Positions 1-13,441 are shown, counted from the first letter of the stretch. The stretch: DNA of 64,000 bases from Chiloscyllium plagiosum (GCF_004010195.1 NC_057719.1:66676421-66740420), one strand, 5' to 3'. Numbers and translations are program-made. Notes: a model not told the origin generated them from the letters alone.

Positions 1-875
1 GATCCTGCATAGAGAAGAAGTCTTGTTCGAACCTGTGCATAAAAATGTTGGCATATTGGGGTGATAATTTGGTCCCCATGGCTGTTCCATGGTCCCCATG
101 TCTGGATGAAGAACTGGTTGTCAAAGGTGAAGATGTTGTGATCAAGGATAAAGCGGATGAGTTGTAGGATGGTGTTTGGAGATTGGCAGTTGTTGGTGTT
201 GAGTACTGAGGCTGTTGCTGCAATGCCATCATTGTGGGGGATGCTGGTGTAGAGTGCGGAAATGTCCATTGTGATGAGGAATGTTCCCGGTTCGATTGGT
301 CCGTGGGTGCTGAATTTCTGTAAGAAATCCGTAGTGTCACGACAGAAGCTGGGGATCTCCTGTACAATAGGTTTCAAGATGCCTTCAACATAGCCAGAGA
401 GATTCTCACATAGGGTTCCATTGCCTGACACGATGGGACGACCTGGTGTGTTGGCTTTGTGTACCTTTGGAGGGAAGTAAAAGTCGCCTACACAAGAAGT
501 ACATGGGATGAGCGCACGTAGGGAGCTCTGAAGGACTGGATCCAAAGTTCTGATCAATGTGTTTAATTCACGGGTGTGTTCTTTGGTCAGATCAGCTGGT
601 AGTTGCCTGTAGTGTTCCTGGTTGTTCAGTTTTCGGTACACTTCCTTGCAGTAATCTGTTCTATTCTGAATGACAATGGCTCCTCCTTTATCTGCTGGTT
701 TGATTGGTTTTGAGAGCCTGGATGGCATTGCGTTGTGAATGAGTGATGTTTTGCTCTACCTTATGGGTACAGCTGATGAATCTGGGATTTATATATTTCC
801 TGACGGTTTGAGCATACATGTCAAGCCCAGGGCAGCGGCCCTCCGGTGGGGTCCAAGTTGACACCTTCTTTGGGT
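1..875 (-). mobile_element. Penelope-like element (PLE) reverse transcriptase fragment, degraded, runs off the window start
   Basis: Manual minus-strand translation gives KPADKGGAIVIQNRTDY..., PKVHKANTPGRPIVSGNG, TMDISALYTSIPH and AMGTKLSPQYANIFM, which are characteristic PLE RT motifs. It has frameshifts, including a local duplication of ggtccccatg at 71-100. Confidence 0.85.
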
Positions 876-1029
876 TTACACTTGGATTCTAAAATCCATG
901 TCGAACTTTACATATGCAAAATTACAGGTTTTAGGTTTTAGGCCCAAAGTCATGAGGTTCACATGTACAGGAGGTTGATATTTGCGATACTTATTGTAGC
1001 ACCATTTATATTGAAAAGTAAAGTTTGAA

Positions 1030-1042
1030 ATATATATTTTTA

Positions 1043-1090
<48 letters not shown>

Positions 1091-1096
1091 TATACA
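1030..1096. repeat. Compound (TG)n(TA)n(CA)n microsatellite
   Basis: Read directly: tatgtgtgtgtg-(ta)n-cacacatatatata. Confidence 0.95.
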
Positions 1097-3106
1097 AGCT
1101 TAGTTATAATTTCACAAAGAAAAATTCAGCCTTGGCAGATCTTACAGTTTCTGGAAGTTTAAGAGTGGTAAACTGTCCATAGATTTCTAAACTTGCAGCA
1201 GTTACTCTATGGACCATTCTCTTCTTACATACTCTTCATTTTCACTGCCTCGTTGCATTTTTCTTATTTGTGGACTTTTGATTCATTTACACTTAAAAAT
1301 TTAGATATTAACATAAGTTTCAATGGTGTGACACTCCAGGGGTGACACGTTTTGGATGTATTCCCTCTGAGATCACATTTTGAGGAGGAAATACAAACTG
1401 TTAGTGGTAAATGTGAGATTTTTCATCAACTCAATAGTTTGATGTCTCTGTAAAATTCAGCAAGAGAAACCAATTGTCACGCTCCTGTTATAATTTGACA
1501 CGCAATATTTTACTCCTAACCTGTAGTTACATCTTAATGAAAGAGGTTTTAGGAGAATCAAGTACAGATATTGTGGTTGAAAAGTTTTGAGCATCTGGTT
1601 CTTTTATTGAAGGTCTAAATTATCAGCCTATTCATCATTAATATCAGAAGCACTTTTCGATGTTGAAAGTGGTAGGTGATAAAGTAGCGACCTTTCATGT
1701 AATTTTATTTAAGCTATTAAAACAACATGGTCACAATTGTTATTCAAAGAATTTTAAGTTGATTACACAAGTGACTAATTAATGATCTAATTAATGCACC
1801 CTGGTGTTTATATAGACATTTTTACTATAGGGAACCCTTTGAAACACTTTTTACTGCAAATTAAAAGTTCTTTTTCATAATTTTTTTTGCATTTTTACTG
1901 CTATATAAACCAATCCTGATGGTCTCCATTAAAATGATGTAGATCTATGTGTAAATGTTTAATGTGTTATTCTCTTGAGGGACAGTAAAATGATCATTAT
2001 TTAGTTGCAGACTAATGTGAGCTCGAGGGACCAAGACTTATCAGAGCTAGTGAAAATTAAGCTGCTAAAATGTTTATCCTACCTTCTAGTAACTTTGATG
2101 ATTGAAGAAAGATGCATGTTCTGCAGGATTCTATTGTTGCTCTGGTATAATACTAAATATTTACTTTAGAATTTAAATATTACTGAAAGACAAAGCCAAT
2201 AAAGTCCAACATAAAATTAAAAATAACCTTCAAAGGGTTGCTATGTCGAAAAACATCATATATTAATGGAACCAATATGTATCTTAAGTGAATATTTACC
2301 ATGTTGACAAGTGAAGGAGAAAGCGGTTTAAAGATAAAACTTGTGTCAGGAAGCAACAATGATGAACCAAAAGGGAGAAAAATAAGAGAAAAATTTGCAC
2401 AACACAAAGACATAAATAAGTCACAAAGTTGCCACACTGACCATACTGATTAAATAGTCTTTCTGTGGACTACATGAATTACATTTAAGTATAGTTCTCA
2501 ATGAAATTCCAATGAGAAAACAATTTGACGTATTATTTCTTGCCATCATATTGAATTTGGGTCTGACATTTATGTAGATATTGAGATCAGTAACACAATA
2601 TTGTATTTCACGGCATTTCAACTGAATGGCACCTTAGTTGTCAAAAAGAGCATGAGTTTAAACAGATACCAACTATTTGAAGTGCATGAATGAAAGGGAA
2701 AGTGTGTAGTTCAGATTTTATGTGTCTGTACTTGTTTATGTTATGCGCCTGGAGTCCCTCACCTTTGGAGACGAATGTGGTCTTGATTTCTAGCTATACT
2801 GAGTTTTTTCTTAGAGAGGAGTGGTGATATATATTTAAATCAGGGTTTTGATAGCTCTTATTTCAAAATCAGGTTTGTGGGCATGGTTATATGGCTATTC
2901 CAAATATCTCCTTCTGGAAACACTGTAGATGTATGAAGGTTACATTATACTTGACAAGGGTTGTTGCCATGAATGTTGAAGCTGAGGGAAGTCACAGTAA
3001 TTTTTACAGAGCATTGGCTACTGACTTTGGAACAAGCCCTCAGGGAAACTACAGCCACTAGCAGGTTTACGTGTTGACAGTTTCTTTTTTCCTCTTTTTC
3101 TCTTAG

Positions 3107-3256
3107 CTTTGAAGAAACAATAAAGTTCTTTGGAGTGAAGCCAAAACCTGGGGGGAAAGATATTACTCCAAACTACATATTCATGCTGTGGTTTGAATTC
3201 TGTACTGATTTTAAAAATACTTGGAAACGTGAGAGCAAAAACATCTCCAAAGAAAG
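3107..3256 (+). CDS. FMN1: Formin-1, third-last coding exon (C-terminal end of the FH2 domain), 150 bp
   Basis: Polypyrimidine tract plus tag acceptor ending 3106; gtaag donor at 3257. Translates (S)[49 protein letters not shown](R), matching the FMN1 FH2 C-terminus. Phase is compatible with the next exon. Confidence 0.95.
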
Positions 3257-3419
3257 GTAAGAAAGAGATTAAATAAAGCATTAAAAGTCTATTCATTTCA
3301 AGATTAATTCATTTTAATTTTTACATATATATTGAACCACCATGTTACACTCTATTTATTTTATTTGTTTTTTTTATTAACTTGGATTAAAGAAGTTCAA
3401 TCCCCTTGGGTATATTGAA

Positions 3420-3930
3420 AAAGTTGCCAAAGTCTGTTATACCCACAAGGAAGATAAACACACATAATCTGATAAATTACACTTTCCCAACTCCTTTCAA
3501 TTACCTGCCAATAAAGTGGAATGAGAGCTGTGCTAATTTGTAACAGATTGCTTCACTAGTGCATTTTTATGTTGAACCAGCCTAAATGAGCTGATATTAC
3601 TGTCGCAGACAGTACCGACAAATAAAAGCAAATGCTTTTCCAGTTATTAAACTTCACTTGCTTCAAAGAGAAACCCCCCAGACCTAGGCCACACTTAGCA
3701 CAATGTCAAAGCCCCACACTGAATTTATGGCAGCACATCTGACCCCAGGTACCCTGCTGGGGACATCAAACTGCGTGACACTGCTTCTCGCAACAGTTTC
3801 CTGATTTTATTGGTTTGAGAAAGAATAACCTTACCCCATATATGCTTTTAGGTAAGGTTTCATGAAGGTTTTATGTGAGGGTGTCATTATGACCAAAAGA
3901 TTAGCATTTTCTCAGTTTTATGACAAAATC
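3420..3930. promoter_or_regulatory. Candidate conserved Grem1 fin/limb enhancer (CRM2/GRS1-like)
   Basis: Repeat-free intronic block right after the FMN1 exon, with clustered Hox13-type, Pbx/Hox-like, TCF/LEF, E-box, ETS and GLI-like motifs. The position fits my recollection of the Grem1 enhancer beside the orthologous mouse Fmn1 exon. Orthology not tested. Confidence 0.55.
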
Positions 3931-6900
3931 ACTTTTTTGCATTATTGTATTTGTTTGCTCGGATTTAACATTTCAGTTTTCTACCAAAATGAATGGTGAA
4001 TTTTGAAAATATTAAAGCTGAGCCTTTATCATGCGCTCTTTAATAACAATGAAGCATGTAGAAGAATAGTTAGTAGATATTTAGTCTTTTCCCAGTTGTA
4101 AAGCATTGCTTTCTAAACAATTTAGCTCTGTGAATTTAAACAGTCATCTGTAGTTCCAATTGTTTCGTGGTTAACAAAAATGCTGTTCATAAAGTTGCTG
4201 CAGAAAATTAAAATAAGGAAATTTTCACAGCATTTCTACTCCATATTTAGTACAGTGGCCTGGAATCTTATAGGCTAGGTAACTATGGAAGTAAAAATAA
4301 ATATTATTTTCTTTAAATTCTTTTATTGGCTTATATATCTCAATTAGTGCCTTAAAATTGCTATTCAAGGGAAACCAGATGGATTTAAATATTTAATGTC
4401 TAATTCTGCAGACACTCTTGGGAAAAGTTTTTTAAAAATTGAAAAATGAGCAGATAATATAACATAACACAATACTGTTAACTCATTAAGCTCAAAATTA
4501 CTTCACTGCAAAGGCTTATTTGCGGAGGTTATGGCATAGCTACCTTGTACTAAGTGGCCATGCCTACTACAGTGTCTGAAATGGGAAACTAAGTTTTCTT
4601 CTTGATCCTGTCCTGTATGGATAATAAGAATCTGATGTTTAGCTGCTCCTTTAGGGTTAAAGATGGAATTTATCAAAAACAGAAGGGATCCATTTGTATA
4701 TATAACTAAAAATGGGAGTTCCTTGAAATGTTGTTAAATGGGACAACAGAAAAAACATCCACATCTAGAATGTCTTGTAAAGTCATGACCCTTAGCGACA
4801 CTGTTTTCCTAAGTGTGAAACTGTTGATTTACCACCCAGTTTACTAGAAATGGATCAGAATTAGATTAATTGGTGTAATCTGCATTCCCTGCTCTGGCAT
4901 TTTTTTTCTCTGCAAGCTATTTCCCATTCTTACAAATGTACGTTATAAAGTATTTTTTATGGATCAAATTTACTCAAATATGTATCTCCATTATAATAGT
5001 TTCCCTTCTTATATCAGTTTAAAAACAACCAGTGAAGTTGATTTTGATGACCTAATAGTAAAAGACAGGTAGTAGCATGGAAAATGGGCTGCTGACTCAC
5101 AAATCTCTGATCATATGTCATCAGACAACATCAAGATCCACCATAATTAAAGAAAAATTAGCTGTATTTAAAGTTTCCAGTATTAAATTTTGTAGTTTGA
5201 GCACATTGTGCCTGTTAAAATCTTGATCCAATATTAGATGGGACCGAGCTTGGGGATATGGATCAACGAATTTAATGTCTGTTCATTTTTCTTCTGATAC
5301 AATGTATCAATAACTACAAATCACTAAGGATGCCTGTGTTTTTTGATCATTTCAATTTAATTCCTAACACCCGTATATTTGGACCTTATTTTGTCAGTAG
5401 ACTCAAGCAGAAAGGAATAGGAACTGTGTTTTAGTTCACACAGAAAAGGACCTTCTCTCAGTCATGTTGGAAATAATATTCATTCACAAAGGTAAAGGTT
5501 CGTTTGGCTGATTTTCTGTTGTCCTGCTTTGTCCTGCTTTGGTCACTGGATAGAAGTACTGGTTCCACATCAGGCCCAGATGTAGAGGGGTCTAGACCAA
5601 GGTCAAAAGCCATGCTAGCTGTGCCCAAAGGCAGCTCTATACCATGGGTTAGAATTTGAGATTTTCTGGCTACAGATGAAGAACTGCAGGCAGAATGTCT
5701 CAATTAAGTTATAAGGTTCTCTTGAAAATAAAAAAAATACAGAACTCTGGTCTGGCAAAGAACTTGAGCGACTGTCTGAATGACTAGAATCTAGTGTCAG
5801 GTCACCTCAGCATATTTTCTGGTCATCCACATGCTGGTGTACTCCCAAGTAAATTACTTCTCATTTGTTTGACCTCCATCAGGTTTGGCCTTATGACTGG
5901 TGGACGCCAAATTCCACCCCTCCCAAAACCCTTGAATGGGTGTGAAATCCTGACGAAACACAAAGATTTGGAGACCAGGCAATCTGAATCTCTATCACTA
6001 CTTTTCTGATCTTTCCTGAAAGCCCTCCTCCTGAAAAAAACTTCAATCCTGCCGTATTCACACTTAAATATATAGATGCTATCACAGTTTCACAAGGCAG
6101 AGAGAAACAGACAAAACAGCATCATCAGTTTAGAAATAATTCTACAACATGATAATATGTGTAGCCTTGATAATCCTGTGATTGCAGCTCCAGCTGCTAG
6201 GATAGAAGATCATAATTTCCTCTATAGTACATTCAAAGAACTATCACAATACTTCCTCAGAGCTTAATCCAAAAAAAGAGTTTTCAAAGTATGGGATGAG
6301 CATTGTCCCAATACTTTAATAGACAAATACGCCTTACAGTACAACACTGAATGGTATAGACCAAGAAGTCAGTGGAGTTTGTTCATTCTTTTAGTCTGTA
6401 TTTAATAGCTAGTCTCAACTAAGATGCTACAACTTGCCTGAGCATCTCCCTTAAGAATGGCAAGTTTGTGAGGGTCCCACATTTGTGATTCCTGTTAAGC
6501 TTTAGTTGATCATCTTCCCGAAAGGAAAAAGATATCCTTGTCTGCTAACTCGAACAATCATTAATGGACTCTCTGCTGACCTCAAATATTACATTTTCTG
6601 GATTTTCAGACCCAAAAGTAAAACATACAAGAAGGTGATTTGCAACAGAATTTATCTTACTCATTTTCTGAAGGGTCTCCTGCAAAATTACAATGGAAAT
6701 TCAAGAGACCAACTCTAGAAATTCACTTTCTTAATAAGCAGGCAGTATTCAAAAATAATTTAGTGCAACAAATAAATTGGCAGAGATGGGGTAAGAGTTA
6801 CTGTATGATGACAGTATTATAGTTTGAAGTGCTGGTCCCTTTAAACAGCAAGCTTCAAGATCAAAAGTCCTGACCTGAGTAGTGTTATTGATCCTGAAAA

Positions 6901-8614
6901 TAGATACCGTCATGAAACAATCTTTGCTTCATTGCTCGTTCATTTTAAATGTGTTTTGAAATCCAGTTCATTTGACACTGCTGGTAGACTATTTCTTGCA
7001 AGACAGTTCCCTGATGATATCTCAGAAGTCAGTATTCAAACAGAAGAATGTTATTAAAAGCTGTTTGTTAGAGTTAACCATAATCTTTTGATAGCAGTTA
7101 GATTGTTTGGTTTTGTTGTGATATAAAGTCATTCAAGGTGAAGTAATTTTAATTTATCTTAGTACAGTTTTACATTTATTATTTGTCATTAAAAATTAAT
7201 TAGATGTTTTAATCAATAATTTGCCAGGTTTAAAGGCCTAATCTGCAGATTGTTAGCAAATCTATATGTTCTAGCCGAGACATGTGCTCTTTCAAACCCA
7301 TAAGGTCACAGAGTTATTGGAAGTAAAAACACCAAAAAGTTTCACTAACAAAGATGGTATTCAGATCTGAATAATTCCAAGCTCCTTGGGATATTATGCA
7401 GAAAATAATTTTAGTTGCTGTTGACTCAAGCTGAGCAAAATCACACAATTAAACTACAAGAGAAACAAAAAGCAGTAATGGATGAAACAAGTGCTATGTA
7501 ATGAGGGTTGTCTTAGGGAGTCTGCGATGAAAGGCAACCAGTCATTTCAGACATGAGAAAGTAGGCGTCTAGTGGCAGACCTTTCACTTGATTTTATAGA
7601 GTCTGAATGAAAAGCAGGCTGCCAAGGACCCTGATTACTTTCTCTCTGGGAAAGAATTCAAAATGTGAAAGGTGAATTGATTCATGTCTCTATTTGCCTG
7701 CAATTATGAAGGATTTTTACGCAGTGGGAATATGTTAATTTATAAAGGAAGCAATGCTAAACTGTTCCCTAATATATTTGCAGATGAGAATGTTCCTTAC
7801 TACAGTGGCAAAACCATTTGTAACTTTGTTTAATTTTACTATCCTTATTTATGTCTTTTTTTCTCTACATAGTTACAGTTTATTTGGTACATACATCAAA
7901 GTAATTACAAGATTGCTGAAATACAGATTAAATATGATGCCTTATTTCTAAGGAGCACCTTAAACAAAAGGCTACATTAGTGATAACACCTCAATCATGT
8001 ACTCCCTCCAGGAAATTAATGGATATTACAAGTCAGAGAATTCTAAACTTATGTCCAAACTGAGTTCTGTGAGCACTATTTCTTTGTTGGAGATTCAAAC
8101 TCTTAAAAACTTCTTTTTCAAGAGGCAAGACACATCAAAGTATTATTTCCACTTCTGAGGTAATGATCATCCCCCTTCTAGCAGAGAGGTTTACTCAGTA
8201 GAAGCATAGATCAGAGAATTTAGGGCTGACGTTTTATTTTGATCTCAAACTCAGGAATTAGCTTCCCTGTTAGGAGCAGTGTATTACAGAATCACTATAG
8301 AAGGCATTGAGATTAATTCTAACACTATTTGCTCTCTTGAGGAATGATACCACCTTCCCCCTCTGGGTCTTTTATGAGGGCTTTAACTTTCTCATCTGTA
8401 ATTGGCCTTCTGCCTTCAAGTGCAGTTGCATTGCTGAAATCATGTTGAAATCAATTGCTGGAGTCATGTTTCTGATCTGTTCCTTAGTCTCGATAGCAAA
8501 TTAAAAACGATTTGATGGAGAAACAGTCTTCATTCATTCTAAATGTTATGTTCTTCAAATGAGATGTAACTGAAACACATTTTCCTGATCTTCAAATTTA
8601 TTCTTATGAATTAG

Positions 8615-9520
8615 ACCTACCAGCAAGGCCAATATTTGCCGGCTTCCTTTATTTGTCATTGAGAAATTGATAGTGAGCCTCTTCTTGAGCTATTGCTGCT
8701 CACATGGTGGAAATGCTCCCACAGTGCTATTATCAGGTGATGAGTGTCAGGATTTTGATGCTGAAACAATAAAGAAAGGAACTATCGTATAAGTTCCAGA
8801 GAAGATGCATTGTTATTTGGACAGAAGCTTGGAGGGTCAATTCTCATTAGTAGAGATAGAAGATTTTGGAGGAGCTGCTGAGAAACCTTGGCAAACTGCT
8901 GCAATGCATCCTGTGGTGGCACATGCTGACCCTATGGTATACGTGTTGTGGAGAAGAACTGCACTTAAATTGGTGAATGATGTTCCAATCAAATGGAAGA
9001 CTTTTCCCTAAATAAGAGTTGAGCTTCTTTCGACATGATGCAACTGCATGCATCCAGAAAATGTCAGCATTTCGTGCCTTGTTAGGCCTAAATCAGGAGC
9101 TGAGCAACTCATCACTGGACACATGGCCCCTGACCCATTCGAGTAGTCACTAAATTCATCTGGTTATTCCAATCAAATTTTTAGATCATAATGACTGTTA
9201 AAATGTGATTATGTGGGACTCAGCAATGGTAATGCTATTGATGTCAAAGGGGAGTCATTAGTCTTCTTGTTGGAGATGGGCGTAGCCTGGCACTTGACTG
9301 GCTTAAACATAGATTACCGTTTATCATACTGAACCATTTTACTCACACCTTGCTGCATACAGGCAAGGATTATTGAATAATCAGTTTTGATGGACAGAAT
9401 GGTTATTGATGAATCAGCCAAAGATGGTTTTTCCTGGGACAGTTCTTGCAGAAATAAAGAATAGCCTCTACAAAGCACAACTGGCATCCTTTGCGCCAGA
9501 TATGACTCCATCTCCTGGAC
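8615..9520 (-). mobile_element. Old, degraded non-LTR retrotransposon (CR1/L2 superfamily), 3' part
   Basis: Diverged copy of the family at 27903-29510 and 12745-14522, with a similar 3' tail and RT C-terminal sequence. Confidence 0.6.
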
Positions 9521-9734
9521 ACAGTACGGTGATGATGCAACATGATACTAAGAAGAGTTTGCTCAGTCTGAAGATGGGAGCTAGGCTGTAAATTGTCACT
9601 CCTAATAATGCTGACATGAACAGAGCTTCTGTAACAAAAGGAATGCATCAAAACAAATTCAAGTGGATATTTCACTTATATAAAACTTTATAAAACTTTC
9701 ACTTTATAAAATATATAAAACTCATATATTTCAC

Positions 9735-10060
9735 TAATGTTCTTGAGGGAAGGAAAAACTGCTGCCCTTACCTGAACTAGGCTACATGTGACTCCAGACC
9801 TTCAGCAACATGGTTGATGCTTAACTGCCCTCTGAAATAGCTTAGCAAGCCACTGTGTTGTATCAATCACTAGAAAGTCACAGATATGGAATAAAACCAG
9901 GCAAACCACTTGGCAAAGTCCTTTTGGGCTAATGGCAAAATTTCACAGATTAGTGAAACAACAGCCAGACAGTCATACTCAGAGTCATACCTGACACACA
10001 ATGTCCCAGACAATGCCTGGATATGTCTTTTCGCATTGTCAGGACAATCCTCACAGAGGA
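9735..10060 (+). mobile_element. Deu-domain SINE-like segment fused to a LINE AP-endonuclease N-terminus
   Basis: agggaaggaaaaactgctgcccttacctg...tacatgtgactccagacc...ttaactgccctctgaaat resembles the Deu domain. It is followed by frameshifted HRLVKQQPD.VIL.ESYL...PGYVFSHCQDNPHRG. Confidence 0.6.
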
Positions 10061-13000
10061 AATGACAATAGGTCAGGGTGCACAAGAAATATCCAATGGG
10101 GGAAGGGAGGCAAGTATGAGGATGAGGATTTTTCAAATCCCAGGGATGTGGGATCTGAGAAGGGGCAATGTTTTGGGTCTGGCAGCAGGGTAGGAGCGTG
10201 GAAACCAGCAGCCGTGTGGGATAGAGGTGTAACAGGCCGGGTTTTCGGTAGTGTAGAGGGCATAAAAGAGGTGTCTTTGGGGTTGTGTGAGATAAGCTGG
10301 GCATCAGTTGAACAGCTACTTGGCAGTTAAACTTAGTTAACTAGTCTAACATTTCCTCAGTAACTTACTTAACTGCTGCATGACTCTTTGAACCTTTTGA
10401 TTTAATCAAGACTTTCAGAAGGGTCCAGACAAAGAGGAATATCCGAGCAAGGTCTAAATTTCCTGGGCAGTTCCTTCAGAGTCTGCTACAATGAGGATTC
10501 CACAGGCTCCCTATTCCAACTCCCAGCAAGGCTTTGATATTATCTGACTATTAGAAAATCCTGGTCCATTGTTCATTAAATTTAGCAACAAAAAAAAGGC
10601 AGCTGATATTTATAGTGTGTTGATGAATCAATCGATGTTGACTATTTCTTTACCCATAAACCTAAACTGGTCTAGAACATTGCGTTTTTATAGTGGTTGA
10701 CATTTTAGCTCCTTAAAGCATATTTATTTTGTGTGTCTGTTGTTGAACATCCTGTGGCTTTAATTATTAATGCCTTGTTTTCCTGTACAACCTTGAAGTC
10801 ATGATCGGAGGCAAGGAAGGAAAGGAAATAAGTGTATACTGTAACATAGGATAAAAATAAATTTGTATATATGAAGTAAGATACAGTGTGAGGATAAAAA
10901 TGTGTAATTCACCCTTTTTGTATAATTCATACTTTACTGTCATTCTATTTTGTGTATCAGTTTCTAATCCTGCTACTTGTGTTGATTCTTACAATTTATT
11001 TATTCTTGATTCAAATGGGTTCTAGGTTAAAAGGAAACAAATTCTTAAATATTATATTGTTACTACTACTAAGTAAATAATTATGGTGAAAAATACACAT
11101 TTAAAGCTAAAATGCAAAACAAAATAAACAGTATATTATAAATATGAACTTTTAATATAGGTGTGATTTGAATGTAAATGGTTGAAATGTTTTTCTCGGA
11201 AAATGATGTGCAGTTGTTTCAGATATCACTAGTGTTCTTTCATTAATCACGCTGAATTGATAAATTCAGATTAACACATATTCACCATCTCTAGGTGATG
11301 ATTGATGAGCAAAGTTTTCTTTTAAAGAAATGATTATTGGAGTTGGTTAGATTTCGCATTTCTTCAACTGCGTTTGTAAGGCTTTCCACTAAAAGTATAT
11401 TTTACTGATTAAATCTCCGATTATTTTAGTTACTACAATAGATTAAATAGAAGGTCTTTGGTTGCCCTTGAAGTAGCTCCTAATGAAGTTAATATTCTGA
11501 AACCTTTCACAAACCAATCCAATTTAATGCTTCTATAATAACTACTTTATGGGGAATGGGAATACCTAGATTGAAAATAGAACTATCAAAAACATATTGA
11601 GATGAACACTGTTCTAAAATTAGGGTAGCACTCCATGAAGAAATAGTCACTCTTTATTAAAATTAGGCAGTATTTAGAGATACTTTATTCAGAATATGTT
11701 ACATAACTTTACATTCCTCAGCACTGATTTTGCTGACATGGAGAAGCACATGAATTTACCCTGAAAATGTACTGACAAAAATTTCTAGACTCTATTGAGT
11801 CGGCTGGTTATTAATGTTGCAAATGTCTTTTATGCACTTATGGACTATTAGTAATGATTATCTCCTAATTTTTGCTAAATGCATGAACTATGATCTTATT
11901 ACAATTACAATAGATTGCATGCCAGTCCACCACTGACTTATCATTTGAAGGTCAATTGTTTTTAATTATTGCTCCTTATTTTTCTAACCCTTCAACTGCC
12001 TTTATATTGGAGCTGCAAACTTTACCAAACAGAAATGGAGAACAAGCCAAGGTTAGAGGATTCACAGATTCAAAGCCATCAAATGGAGCCAAGAATATAA
12101 TTCTATTTATTAAAAGATGGTATGATCTGGAATAGTGGTCAAACAAACAGATAGCGTTTGGGCAATAAACCAAAGAACTTGTAATAGGGTGAAACCAGGT
12201 AAGGAGGAAAATTGCAAGACTTAGGGAAGAATGGTGGGGAGCCTTAAAAGGAATTACAGAACTGGAGCAGAATTGTTGAAAGTAGCAATCTCAATTTTCA
12301 GGAAATAGCAATGAGAAAGCTAGAATAAATGAATAGAATAACTAAGACTAGGAATAACGAGCTAGAAGGCCTGAGTGTAGCTAACTAGCTTGAAGGCTTG
12401 CTCATGGAGTGCACCAGAACCAGGAAACATTATGACACACTGAAGGAAAAGTAGCTTAATACTTGAGGGAGCAATCAGGCTGTTTGAATCAGATCTAGAA
12501 AAACAAACACTGGGAAAATGGAACTCGGAGTGCTCATTATTCTCAGTGGAACTCAGGGAGGAAGTGGAGAAAACAAATCCACCTTTAAATCAAAAATGAA
12601 CCCGCTGCTCTGGCCACCATCTTGGCAGTACTGCACCAAACTTGAAAGAATTTTTTTTCTTCGGAAAGAATTTTAATCTAACGTACTGCCTACAAAATTA
12701 ATATTGAAAAATATATTTAAGGCATACCTTATTTGAAAACAGAGATCTTTCGTAAGGTGATGGAAGGTGTCATTAACAGCACTATCAAGCTTACTATCAA
12801 TAACTTGCTCAATGATACCCAGTTTGTGTTCTTCCAGAGCCACTCAACTCCTGACTTCATTACAGCATTGGTCCAAACATGGACAAAGATCTGAGGTGAG
12901 GTGAGAGTGATCATCAAGGCTGAGTGTCGCGCTGAGGAGCCCTCATAAGACTGATATCAATGGGAATTGGGGAGGGGGGTGGGGGTCTCTTATTGGTAGC

Positions 13001-13234
13001 AGTCATACTTGGCACAAAGGAAGGTGGCTATTGTTAGTGCAGGTCAGCTGGCTCCAGGACATCCCTACAGGAGTTCCTTAGGGTCATGTTTTCTAGATCC
13101 AGCCATCTTCAGCTGCTTCATCAATGGCCTTCCCTCCATCATAAGGTCAAAAATGGAGTGGTTTGCTGATGACTGCACAATGTTTGCCATTCATGGTACC
13201 TCAAATATAGTCCATTCCTAAGAATATCCAAGTT

Positions 13235-13441
13235 AAAGAGTGTGGTGCTGGAAAAGCACAACCAAACAGGCAGCATCTGAGGAGCAGGAGAATCGACATT
13301 TCAAGCATCAGGAATTTCTGATGAAGGGCTAATGCTTGAATTGTCGATTCTTCTCTTCGGATCCTGCCTGACTGGCTGTGCTTTTCCAGCACCACACTCT
13401 TCAACTGTGATCTCCAACATCTGCAGTCTTAACTTTCTCTT
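13235..13441 (+). mobile_element. Fold-back copy of a hammerhead-motif short retroposon (PLE pLTR-derived)
   Basis: Inverted arms 13231-13310 and 13318-13406 centred on catcag-gaattt-ctgatg. Degenerate core CTGATGA-A-GGGC-TAAT-GCTT-GAAT. TSD aatat(c/t)caagtt at 13223-13234 and 13442-13453. Confidence 0.85.

Noticed and set aside
876..1097. 73-aa ORF MYIYVCIYIY...
   Set aside because: Translation of a microsatellite.
3018..3296. 92-aa minus-strand ORF
   Set aside because: Antisense shadow of the FMN1 exon.
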